DNA from: Paragordius varius
Taxonomy: Eukaryota; Animalia; Nematomorpha
Reading direction: 5' to 3'
DNA: 64,000 bases
NCBI GenBank assembly: GCA_964247055.1
Contig: OZ176055.1
Span: 4,216,001-4,280,000 of the forward strand
Part shown: piece after piece, positions 24,201 through 35,351 of the stretch
Numbering within the stretch: the first letter of the stretch is position 1
Layout: the number at the start of each line of letters is the position of its first letter
Made by a program: the position numbers and the translations under genes
The notes under the pieces: generated by a model
Databases searched by the model: none
What the model saw: only the letters and a program-made list of their open reading frames with translations
Told to the model about the DNA's origin: nothing

Positions 24201-26791
24201 TGAGCCATTCCTCGTGGAACTCCCCTTTATTGAGATATTGGTTTATAAATGGTAAGGCGTTGATTGTGCACCAGTTTCGATCTATTTTCCAACTGGTTGT
24301 CGTTGAATTATCTGGTCCTGGTGCTTTATAACTTTTAAGATTCTTTAATATGCTAAGAAATAAATTTACGTCTAGATTCAATGAAAAAGGAAATGCGGTT
24401 GTTTCGTTTTTTTCGTATGTTCCTCTATATAGGTCCATATAGTAATCGGTTAGATGATTGACAATAATATTGGGGTCTGAACATTTGATATTGTTAATTA
24501 CTAAGGATGATGAGATTTTAGGCCTTTTGACAAATTGATTGTATGTATTGAATAATTCTCTTGGAAGATTGTGCAAGCTATTCATGTGTTTAAATAAATC
24601 ATGGAAATATTTTGTCCTGTCTCTTCTAACCAATTTATTCATTTTTTGTTTAATCCATATTTTTTTCCTAAGACTAAAACATTTATTTTTTGTGTCCATT
24701 ATCATTTTCTTAGTTTTCTTTGATACTGTTTCCAATGATACATTTTTAGGAGAGATGTTTGTCATCTTTAATTTGTGGATGATTGTTTCCCATTGATTTA
24801 GGGGTCCAGCTATTTTGTTACTTTGCATCCCTTTCCAACCTATTTTGTATTCTAAGGATATAGGTTTGTGGTCACTAAATGTGCCATAATAATTACCACT
24901 TTGTGCTGTTTTAATTTTTCTAAAGCAATTTTCTTTCATTAATATAAAATCTATTTGCGAAGATTTTTTGGTTGTAGATATTCTGGTATATCTCCCTTTG
25001 GGGCCATTGAAAAAAGTATTAGTTAATAGTAATTTTTCGGTTTCACAGAACTGGGCTAGTAGTCTTCCATTTGTGTTGGTGATTTTTGGTGTGTATTTCC
25101 CTACTGCCCATGTAAAATGTTGGGAACCTATTTTTGCGTTCATATCGCCGCCAATTATAAGGGTGCTGTTCTTAGGACAGTTGTCAATTATGTTTTTTAG
25201 ATTATCTAGGAAGGATTTGTAGGTTGGTGCATCATGAGGAGCATATGCGCTTATTATTATCAAGTAATTGTCGTTGTATTGAAGATGTAGTTCGGCTAAG
25301 CGGTGGTCGTGTGGGATAAATTTTTTTATTTTTCTTGTCATGTGTTTTTTGGTAAGGAATCCAACTCCGCCGGATTTGCCGTCTGCTTTTGAGTTGTAAA
25401 GTTTATAACCTTTGTCCATTGAGATGGACCCATTAAAATTTAAATGGGTTTCTTGAATGCATATTAGTCCCATTTTGTGGTTTTGGCAGATTAGTGCAAG
25501 ATGTTTTTGTTTATCTTTATTCCTTATTCCAGCTACATTCCACGAAGTGAGTGATAAAACTAAATTGGGCATTAAGTATTCACTATTCTGTAAAACCTAT
25601 AAAATCTTTAGTAATTTAATACCTATTCTTGGAGTTTTATTTTATTTATATTATCGGAGTTAAATTTAATTTGGTAGGTTTAGGTGACTGTTATAGAGTT
25701 TGGAGATAATTTCGCTTATTTATAATATTTAAAATTACTTTATTATAATTTGGCGTTTTTATTTGGTGAAATTAAGATTGTCCTCCTCTAATCGTTTAAT
25801 ATTTTGGTTGAGTGGGTTTAAATCAATTAGTTTTTATAGGTGATTAAAGCGTTTAATCTATTAAAATTATATTTTAACCTTATGTGAAATCCTACTTGGG
25901 TATTTTTATTCAGAAAAGGTTTTATTATTATGGGTCGAGTTAGTTTGGATGTGAAGACCTAAAAATAAGTAAAATTTTACCAATTAGTTAACGGTGTTTC
26001 TTGACTTTTATGTTAATATTTGGTGTCTCTTTATCTTTTTAATTATGAAGATTCTTTCTTATTTGGAAGTCTTTATGGTTTTTAATTATGAGTTTTGAGT
26101 GGGTATATATTATTATTATTATTAGTAAGTTTGTCGAAAAGGTTGTTTTTTATTTTAGGATTTTTTTAATGATTTGATAATTATTATTATTTGTTGTTTT
26201 TATTTTAATATATATATATTTTTTTATTAAGGATTTGTTAAATAGTAGGCGCCAACGGACGCCAACGAAGTAAAGGGATTATAGTATCTTTATGTAAAAT
26301 TTTTAATCGTGTATATGTAATTTTAGTATATTATATGTGATGGACGTTTCCGGTATTTTCATTTAAGTCTTAAATTTGGGGGATATTTATTTAAAGGGGG
26401 ATTTTAACTTAATTATAGCATTATTTAAATTATAAATTTAAAGTACATTAGTTGTTAGAAATATAAATGTTAAATATTTGTATTTGTTTTTTTTTTATTC
26501 CGTATAAGTGGGGTGATGTTAGAGAAAGGATTTTGATATAGGGTGATGTTAAGAGTGTTAATTATAGTTTGAAATTTAAGTGTTCATACTTTATATTATT
26601 AAATATGATATGTTATAAATAAATAAATGTTATAAATAATGTATATATATTTAGAAATGTTTTAATTATAAAATGTATTAACTATTAAAATTTTACCCTG
26701 CGTATTTACCGGCGATGTTTATCGTCTAGACCTTTTCTAATTCTTACTTGAATATGAACCTGTTTATAATGGTAGGTAATCCAGGGATCAT
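21207..26791 (-). CDS. MRPL17: Mitochondrial ribosomal protein bL17m; exon 1 26791-26748, exon 2 split by a LINE (stub 26725-26720, remainder from 22156 or 22150 to 21898), then 21871-21803, 21780-21651, 21433-21207
   Basis: LLRFERIETT..KGEECRGYVERLI, TLEMAAWWL, LIPKIFKVLVPRY and VLELK.NPLPP match bL17m. Exon 1 (MIPGLPTIINRFIF) ends at a GTAAGA donor in matching phase 2. Exon 1 assignment is less certain than the core. Confidence 0.88.
22161..26719 (-). mobile_element. Full-length RTE-superfamily LINE of about 4.56 kb inside MRPL17, flanked by GATA duplication
   Basis: APE+RT ORF, about 1.15-kb 5' leader, about 0.54-kb 3' UTR, (CTGATA)5 tail at 22157-22186; GATA at both junctions (22160-22157, 26723-26720) reconstitutes the MRPL17 frame. 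Confidence 0.85.
22705..25572 (-). CDS. LINE ORF: AP-endonuclease plus reverse transcriptase (955 aa, uninterrupted)
   Basis: SWNVAG, IQETH, SAYAP, GGDMNAKIG, QIDFIL, SDHKP; FVDIKKAFD, GVKQGCPISP, YADD, YKYLG. Confidence 0.97.
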   Translation of the reverse strand: MPNLVLSLTSWNVAGIRNKDKQKHLALICQNHKMGLICIQETHLNFNGSISMDKGYKLYNSKADGKSGGVGFLTKKHMTRKIKKFIPHDHRLAELHLQYNDNYLIIISAYAPHDAPTYKSFLDNLKNIIDNCPKNSTLIIGGDMNAKIGSQHFTWAVGKYTPKITNTNGRLLAQFCETEKLLLTNTFFNGPKGRYTRISTTKKSSQIDFILMKENCFRKIKTAQSGNYYGTFSDHKPISLEYKIGWKGMQSNKIAGPLNQWETIIHKLKMTNISPKNVSLETVSKKTKKMIMDTKNKCFSLRKKIWIKQKMNKLVRRDRTKYFHDLFKHMNSLHNLPRELFNTYNQFVKRPKISSSLVINNIKCSDPNIIVNHLTDYYMDLYRGTYEKNETTAFPFSLNLDVNLFLSILKNLKSYKAPGPDNSTTTSWKIDRNWCTINALPFINQYLNKGEFHEEWLKFTIKTLPKKSNACKPEDYRGITLSNTIYKILATAALRQLEKLEHELHPAIGGFRKGCGTTELFTALNIYIEKSNMLKTTIWICFVDIKKAFDHANRQYIIKIINNLKLDQNWKNFIINLLINGSFQVVTEGYYGNIFSTTRGVKQGCPISPKIFNLITDKILKEMECELSSYKIMAYADDICIVSESIESLRSCIELLATKFKEAGLILNMDKTKVMTTSELSIKKFPLTMGELEIVDKYKYLGVWFSKKGCIDLNAMNRLNNTQEIFGEMRQLWSSKILSKQLKLRLFKACIITKITYGFSVWPIKRKTLHRTQIFINKALRKIMGYSYQNHSLISNAALYAETKCIPLEYAIPLAGLNVMAHQIKRCNIGPLWEALSWKDNNTENYKQDKTTWLGRILTFLSRFDLNENKFIQLVKQNNWKKTAEECKLQIIAMCLLDHEEKKEQKKIRKIKKSRTDNDNMWITLTLETLGFLFSLYSTLRNFKKNIYSTVAYGK

Positions 26792-28005
26792 ATAAATACA
26801 TCTAATTATTATTCTATAATCTAAGATCAGGGTGCTTTTTATATCAGTTAAATAAATATGGGGAACTATTGATTAATTTCTTTTCCAGTAAAATAAAGGT
26901 AGTAAAAAGGACCTATCTAAATGCTAAAAATGTAATATTTGAATAATTAAGATGCTCTAAAAAAATTACTTTTGAAATCTAATAAGGTGATTATGAGGAA
27001 ATATTAGATTATACGAGCAAATAAATATTTGTTTTAATATTAAAAACTTTAAAGATATCGAATAAAAGGTCGCAAAAATATAAGAAAAAAGGTCGCAAAA
27101 AAGGTCGCAAAAATATAAGTAAAAGGACTTATCTCGATTTCAGGACTCCACCCAGGAACAAGCATATACCCACTGTCTAGTTCAACTGTGCCACATTGTT
27201 TCAACAAATTTATTTCCTTTAGACAACATGTGCCCTTATTCACCCGTTACACGGAAGTCCACTATGTTTAACTTCCGGATAATAAAGATGTTGACGCACC
27301 AACCCTAGGTTCGGTAATATAATGAATATCGCACACCATAAAGGTAGCTTAATTGTTTCATTAATCACCAGTTCAATATAGGGTCGTGTTTTTTCGAAGT
27401 TGAGTATATGATGTTTTACGTCCACAATTTCGGTCCACAATTTCGGTCTCTCGTGATATTGGCGGTACAGGCTGGGTGTTTTGATGTATCAAAATATTTC
27501 AAGATAAATCCAGTTGCGGAATTCCATTCATCATGAACTTCAAGGTATCAGTTTATCATATTGAAATCATAAAGCAATTTTCATAAGCAATTTTCATAAT
27601 TTCTAATAACCATTTTTTCAAATGACAACTAATTTGAGATAAGTACTGACACAGGTGGTTAATAAAATTGAATAAATGCGCATGGACACAAACTCACCAA
27701 AGTAAGAGCATGGTTTAATTCAGGGATTTAACCTTTTTTTGTTCACGCCCCGAATTCAAAAAATGACTCTTCCGAACCCCCCTTTCTTTCATCAAAAAAA
27801 ATGCAAAATTATAATGTTTTAAAATTCTTGTATCTGCAACTTAAAATATTTTTTTCCGAATCGGTTACAGATCTGGATGAGTTGCACCAAAATCCTCTTT
27901 AACACTTCCTCACCTTTTTCCTTTTTTGTCCTATGTTGAGGTACTTTTATATCCCAAAGCTCATTGTAGATAACCTACAGTTTCGAAAGTTATTTTACTT
28001 GAAAT

Positions 28006-29136
28006 TTAAAACTTCGATTCAAATTGGGGTATCTAAATAACCCAGACTAAATTTAAGTTAGGATTTTTAAAAAACTACTGAAGAAGTGGTCGCATTTTAA
28101 ATTTATGCTTCTATCCTAATAAAAATTATAGAAATATAGCAAAATATTCAAATAAAATTTTGTTTTGAAAAAAGTTCCATGTCAAACTACTTCGAAGCCA
28201 TTTTTATTTCACAAAATTTTTCCGAATATCGTTTTAACACTTGGATACAACACACTCATTTTAGTCCTTCGATTCAAATTGGGGTAGTTGGATACCCCAG
28301 GCCTGTTTAAAATCAAATACTTTAAAAAGTATGGAAGCAATCAAAACCATGGCAAAATTTTGCACTTATATAACATTAATAAACCGAAATATATAAAAAA
28401 TTTTATTCAAAAATACTTGAAATTACTTATTTTGAGCTAAAACTGAAAGGTAAAAATTTAGTCAACGTGACATGTGTCAAATTGTAAAATTAAAAAATAA
28501 TACAAAATAAACCGCTTTTTCTATTTCTATCAATGTTAGATGTAATTTATATAAAAAATAAGCTTTAGTTTTACCCTTAAAATTGAATGAAGACGATATT
28601 TTGAAAAATTTTTGTAAAAACAAAATGGCGTCGAAGTAGTTTGAGATGGAACTTTTTTTTCAAAACAAAATTTTATCAAGATGTTTTGGCATATTTATAT
28701 AATATTGATCAGGATAGAAGCATAAATTTAAATTGGGACCGTTTCCTTCAGTAGTTTTTTAGAAATTTTAATTTAAATTTAGTCTGGGGTATTTAGATAC
28801 CCCAATTTGGATCGAAGTGTTAAGGGAAAAATTCCAACTAATATATTATTTAAATTACATCTAAAATTAATTGAAATAGGAAAAGCGGTACCATGGCACA
28901 CATGTCATGTTGACTAAATTTTTACTTTTCGGTTTTAGTTTAAAATAATTTAATATCAAGTATTTTCGATTTTTATATATTTCGGTTTATTAATGTTATA
29001 TAAGTGCAAATATTTGCCATGGTTTTGATTCTTTCCTTATTTTTTAAAGAATCTAATTTTAAACAGGGACTGGGGTATTTAACTACCCTAATTAAAATCA
29101 AAGGACTAAAATGAATGTGTTGTATCCAAGTGTTAT
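28006..29136 (-). mobile_element. piggyBac-like MITE, reverse orientation, interrupted by a copy of its own family
   Basis: 28006-28233 and 28824-29136 are the reverse complement of the right and left halves of the 15310-15860 family; ends degenerate (TTAAaACTT, AAGTGTTAt). Confidence 0.8.
28234..28823 (+). mobile_element. piggyBac-like MITE (inner copy) with TTAA on both sides
   Basis: TTAACACTTGGATAC...ATCGAAGTGTTAA; colinear with 15310-15860. Confidence 0.88.
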
Positions 29137-30816
29137 GATCAATCATTTTCATCAATTATTAAATAAAAAAGAGCTTATATTTTTTTAGTTTTGTGACTTC
29201 CAGAGTCTAAAATCTGACTGCTCCAAATCACGATTGAAACTCACAGCTATTATTGTAGTTTTTGTTGGTAAAATATCGCTTGAAAGCTTTTTAAAAATAA
29301 AATTTTACATTTTCTAACCATAATATACATTTATCCTGTTGCATTAACGATTGAACACTCTATTACCTTTTGAGTATTTTATATCCCAAATTTAAATTAT
29401 TTAGTCGAATAAAAATATGCATTCATTAGTATTTTATTCTAATTTTTTTTAGGCTAATGCAACAGGCAAATTAAATGGATATTATGGTTAAATGTCAATA
29501 AATCAATTTTAAAAGCTTTTGGGCTGCATTTTACCAACAAAAACATTATATGTTTTAATTTACTTTTACAAGGCCGCTATCATCAGGCGGTGTCCATTAT
29601 CGCACCTAATCTTGAAATAGTCGTTGTGAGTATGACAGCACAAAAACATACCGCAACCATACCCACCCCTCCACTATCTAATTAGGCCCAGATAAGCCCG
29701 TTTTTCTAATGTTTAATTTATTTTTTGCGTTTTTTCTGTATATATATATATATATATATGCATAAAGAACTTATCATAAAATTTTTTATAGTAGGTATTT
29801 CTGACTCGCCTGGATTGGCTTAGATTAAACAGGGGTCATCATTTTTGGCAACGACTCCGACCCGGTCAACTCTGCCTAATCGACAAGCTGATTCTCCAGT
29901 CCTTTAAAGGTTCCTACCACGTGAACGCACTTGGCTACTGGACACCGGTATTTACCTTCAACAATAAACTGTTTCTTCCATACTGCCATCTTACCTTTTT
30001 GTTAACCGGAAACCCGCCCAGTAATTAAAAAGGTGTAGCTGGGCTACACTAATTACTAGAGACTTAGCATTGACCGTTATACCATGGCACACCTTGCGGT
30101 AGCGATTTAACCAACTTTATGTCTTGTACGCCTTCCTGCAATTATCAAATCGGCACGTGACCACACCCTAGATCATGCGGCTTTGGTATGTGTAACTTTA
30201 AGGTGTCTTCTCATATTTTTGGCACAAGCAAACTTCACTGTACACCCTGTAGTGCTCCCCCAACCCTGGCGTTTCTGACATTGGTTGGAGTATGATTAAG
30301 GTGACCAGACGTCCCGCTTTTGGCGGGACAGTCCCGCTTTTTCACACTTTGTCCCGCCTCCCGCTACGTTTATAAGATATCCCGCTTTTTCATGATCATA
30401 TAAAAAAAATTTTTTTTAATACAAATAATTTTTTTTAATACAAATAAATTTTTTTTATTTTAAATTAAAATTTTTTATTTTTAAATTAAAAATATTTATT
30501 TTTTTCCAATTTATATCATATGATTATACATTTTCCTTCCTGCTACTACTGTCATTAATATCAAAAAGCCAAGTTATACTAGAGCAAAAGACAAATTGAT
30601 ACCATAAATCGATACCTTACACGCTTTTTCCAGAAAATTAAGGTAATATAACATTTATTATACTAATATTTAGTTTTAATACTTGCCAACATTATAAAAA
30701 ATTTAAATTAATACTACAAATCGGTAGCTTAAAAGACAAATTGATACTACAAATCGATACCTTACACGCTTTTTCCAGAAATTATAACATTTATTATAGT
30801 AATATTTAGTATAAAT

Positions 30817-32661
30817 ATGAACACAAAAAGAGGCTGTAAATTCAATGATGAATTAATGAAAGATTTTCCTTTCATTAAAAAAACGAAGAATGAATCGTCT
30901 GTTAAATGTCTTATATGCGATGGGGAATTCACCCTGGCACATGGCGGCAAACATGACATTACAAAGCATATTGATACACAGAAACATCAAAAATGTTTAA
31001 TTATAACGGCATCATCTCACAAGATGAGCGATTTTTTTCGAAAAACCGCTTTTGGAGAGGAAGAAAAGAATTTAGCACTTGCTGAGGGCCTGTTTTCCTT
31101 TCACGCCTTAAATCATTGCCATTCATTTCGTTCAATGGATTGTACCTCACAGGTTATTCGCACGTTATTCAATAAAAAATTTACATGTGCCCGTACAAAG
31201 GCTGAAGCCATTGTATGCAATGTTTTTTCGCCACATGCTTTTTCTGAAATACAAAAAGATTTGCTAAAAATTAATTTCTTTTCCCTATACTCTGATGCTT
31301 CAAATCACCATGAAACAAAATTATTTCTTGATAAGATATTTTGATTCAGAAACCGGAGTAAAAATTAAAATTTTAGATTTAATTTCCCTACCCGGTGAAA
31401 ATTCTGAAATAATATTTACTTCAATAATGCATATTCTAGAAAAAAATAATTTAAAAGACAAAATTATCGCATATTGCGCTGACAACACCAATACGAACTT
31501 TGGTGGAAAAGCAAGGAGAGGAACAAAAAATATTTTTCATAAATTAACAGATAATCTTAATCAAAACATTATTGGCGCAGGGTGTGCAGCGCATATAATA
31601 CACAACGCTATTCAAACAGCTGCAGATTTGTTACCCTTAGATGTCGAAAATGTAGTTGTTGAAATATATTCCTATTTTTATATATACACGGTACGTGTTG
31701 AAACGCTTAAAGAATTCTGTGAAAATGCAGAAGTTCAATATCAAAAAATGCTTGGATATAGTAAAACTCGTTGGTTAGCTTTTATGCCAGCTATCGAAAG
31801 AATTTTAAAAATGTATGATCCTTTAAAATCTTTTTTTTTATCACAGGACAAATGTCCTACAACTTTAAAAAATTTTTTTGAAAGTGATTCTTCAAAAATA
31901 TGGTTAAAATTCTTACATAAAGCTTCTCTCTTTCAAAATGTTATTAAATTTATTGAAGGTGATTCGGCAGTCGAAGTAGCCAATGAAGTTAGTAACCTGA
32001 AATTCCAATGTCAAGAACGGTTAGAAAATAATTTTATTCCATTAACCATCCGCAATACAATAAATAATTTAGAAAAACAAGGCTTAATAAATCGCCAAGA
32101 TATTCTGTACCATATAAAAATGTTTTATACAAACTGTAAAGATTATTTGGAAGACTGGACGACGCAATTTAATGAAATTGATCATTTTCATTGGATAACA
32201 TTAAAATCAGAATTAAATTGGTGCGATGTTCAAAAATCATTTGATTATATCTGCTCCCAAAAATTCTCAAAAAGGAATCTTCAGAAAATGATCCTTTTTC
32301 TGAAATATTAGTTAAAAAATATATTAATAAATTAAATTATGGACAAAAGAAAAATATACAGTAGAAAAGAAATGGTTATATTTCATCATTTTGAAGCCAA
32401 CTATATTACATACAATATTTAAAAATTGTGGAATTCGCACTATCTTTACCTGGAACCAACGCTGCTACTGAGCGCGTTTTTTCCACAGTAAATCAGGTGT
32501 GGACATCGGAAAAATTAAATTTAAATGTTGAAACTTTGAAGGCCGTTTTATCTGTCAAATATAATTTGACAAATTCTTGTGAAGACTTCTACAATATTTT
32601 AAAAAATGATGACAATCTGCTAAAACGCATTCACTCAAACCAAAAATATACCAAAGAATAA
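30817..32661 (+). pseudogene. hAT transposase with frameshifts (BED-like Zn finger, DDE core, dimerisation domain)
   Basis: CLIC...KH, SDASNH, CADNTNTNFG, GCAAHIIHN, KTRWL, LSLPGTNAATERVFS; three consecutive ORFs in different frames. Confidence 0.93.
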
Positions 32662-32766
32662 AATATTTTCTTTAAAGTTTTTGTGTTAAAAAACATAATT
32701 ACCTAAAATATTGTATAAATCTTCATAATTTGTCAAATTATATTTGAACACATAAAAGGTCTTTTA

Positions 32767-33523
32767 TTCAACATTTAAATTTGATTCCGTGTCCACACTT
32801 GATTTACTGTGGAAAAACGCGTTCAATAGCAGTGGTTCAGGTAAAGATAATGCAAATTCTACAATTAAAATATTATTGTATGGAACATAATTTTTTTAAA
32901 AATGATTATTTCAACCTATCCTACGTATTTTTTTCTGTTGTTTATAATATAAGCTTTCATTCAATATATTTATTTAATAATGAGACTTCATTAAAAAGTG
33001 TCATTGTGCACCGTTTTGTCTTCCAAATAATCGTTTCTGTTTGTATAAAACATTTTTATATTTTGGCTATTCATTGAGCCTTGTTTTTCTGGATGCTTTA
33101 TGATATTGCGATTAAGTAATGGTATAAAATTATTTTCTAACCTTTTTTGACTTGGAATTTTGACCTTTGTCCTGTGATAAAAATTAGTATTCTATGAGAT
33201 CACATTTTTATAAATATTTCAATGGCAAAAGAGTTAACCAACAGTTCTGCAATATCCAAGCATTTTAACATCTATATTTTCCACATCCAGGGGTAACAAA
33301 TCAGCAGCTGTTTGAATAGCGTTGTGTATCTGCCAATAATGTTTTGGTTAAGATTATTCGCTAAATTGTTAAAAATATTTTTTGTGCTGCTTCTTGCATC
33401 ACCCAGCGCACTTTGTGATGATTTCGACTTTATTATTTTTTTCTAGAATATTACAATCACTTCACCCTTTGTTCGTGCACATGTAAATTTATTGAATAAG
33501 GTACAAACAACCTGTGAGGTACA
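32767..33523 (-). repeat. Inverted, multiply deleted copy of the same transposase gene inside the hAT element
   Basis: The reverse complement matches blocks of 31141-32532 in colinear order, e.g. TGTACCTCACAGGTT, ATACACAACGCTATTCAAACAGCTGC, ATAAAAATGTTTTATACAAAC, TTCCACAGTAAATCA. Confidence 0.88.
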
Positions 33524-35351
33524 AATTTTTTTATATTTATAATCTATTTTTGTTAAAAATAAATAAATATTACAATAAATTTTTTGTATAAAACTTTTTG
33601 GTTGTACCCCCCAATGACCCCCCCCCCTCAGATTTGTCCCGCTTTTTCCTTCAAAAAATCTGGTCACCTTAAGTATGATCAATACCACGTTTCATCTTAG
33701 GTTTCAACATAGCATTATCGGAGGTTTACCCTTTACCACATTAGCAAAATCCGTAAGACTACTACAACTCTCCCCATAATCTTGATCTAACCATCCGAAC
33801 CAAAGTTGACAATTAACCAAGAAATATTATTTGAGATGACTTTCTCCCATCTTTGTCTTGAAGAGCGCCGATCTTCCCCCCACCGATTGAGACTGAGCAC
33901 ATCAATTAGAGGCAAAGTTTTCCCGCACCAGGTACCCACAGCTGAATATTCCATTCGAACTACAGGCGCTGAATAGTAGTCTAAAGCCATGAAACCATAT
34001 TCAATGATCTTGTATTACCATGACGGCAATATGTACCCGCATTCGAAAAGTAGTTATTATCAATCGATCCGGTGATCCTGTATTGCCATGACGGCAATAT
34101 TCTGTACCCTCATTCGAAAACTAGCTCTTGAGTTCTTAATCGATCCACTAGGTTAGAGTATTCACATTCAAACTGCTAAACTAGGTGGTCAGACACTCTT
34201 TGCTTTCGGGAGTCGCATAAACATAATCACCACAATACGAAATAATAGCTTTTGTGGAGTAAGGAGAATACCCCGTTGAGAATTACTGGTTTAATTGAAG
34301 CATAATTTTTGGTGGTAAAAAGGCTCTACGTTTATAATCTGTAAAATGTCTTTTCCTAGGACTAGAAAACCTAATTTGTATCAATAAAATATCTATATTT
34401 TTTATAATAATTTTAAAGGTAAGTCGATTTTTATAAATTGATCTTATTTATGTGTATGATGCTATTGCTCTTAATATTTTTGCATCGCCTGTGAGGATTA
34501 ATAGGCGACAGCTATTTGATCCTTAATGAAGTTATTAATCATGTTATAATGCCATCTAGCCTTATTTTTAACTGTATTTCGCAAAATATATACACAGTGC
34601 GCAAGAGATAAAATTCCTGATGAAATTGTATTTTCTGATAAAAAAAAGTGCATAATTATTATAATGCTTTTAATTTTGAAACTTACTAGTGATTCGGGAG
34701 TTGTATTTAAAATTTTGTGGTATTTGCTCCATATCAAAAAATCATTTATGCTTCAAAGTTTGATTAAAAAAATTCTTTCGCATTCAATAAACTTTTTTGA
34801 AAACACATTTTATATATTAAATTTAAATTTGAAGAAATAGAAACTTTGAGGTGATAGAAATGTTTAGTATCATTGATTTATATACAAGTGCTTTTGTAAA
34901 ATCTTAGCGTTTTCACCATCCTTCAAAAATATCATAAAATACGGTTGTTCAAAAAAATAATTAACAAAAAAGGTAATTTTTTACAAATATTTTTTTTGCT
35001 GCTATAACTGATAATATTTATCTCGATTTGTTTACCTTAAAAAATTAAAAATATATATTGTATTTCTTCCTAAATATTTAAGTATCTTTTACTGATATTT
35101 TTTTGGAATAAAGCATATAATAGATTTTACCATAAGGCTTAAAACCAAAGCAATATCAATATAATATTTCATCAAAATATTATTTTGTGCTTTACCCAAT
35201 GTAAAATGATTAACTTCAATGTTTTAAAAAACCGCCAAATAGCAACCCTAAATAACTCATATACCAAAATAATTTATTTATATTTATGCGTCAAATAAAA
35301 AGATGCAAAAGTAATTGTGCGTATAAATATTGCAACCAAAAGTATCGTTCG

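Larger units (their letters stand above)
30297..33671 (+). mobile_element. hAT DNA transposon (Blackjack-like termini), 3375 bp
   Basis: 13-bp TIRs TAAGGTGACCAGA / TCTGGTCACCTTA; perfect 8-bp TSD AGTATGAT at 30289-30296 and 33672-33679; subterminal GTCCCGC repeats. Confidence 0.96.
29780..34280 (-). pseudogene. Decayed multi-C2H2 zinc-finger ORF split by the hAT insertion (pieces 33672-34280 and 29780-30296); probably the 5' part of an RLE-type (R2/NeSL-like) non-LTR retroelement
   Basis: Minus-strand remnants GCTVKFACAKNMRRHLKVTH, CRFDNCRKAYKT*SWLNRYRKVCH, YRCPVAKC...GLEN; GC-richer than the flanks; ~70-bp tandem duplication at about 34005-34146. No RT seen. Confidence 0.5.

Noticed and set aside
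29188-29630. Two possible + strand exons (FCDFQSLKSDC...VFVG; RYHQAVSIIAPNLEIVV ending at GTGAGT)
   Set aside because: No start, stop or homology recognised; the surroundings are TE-derived.
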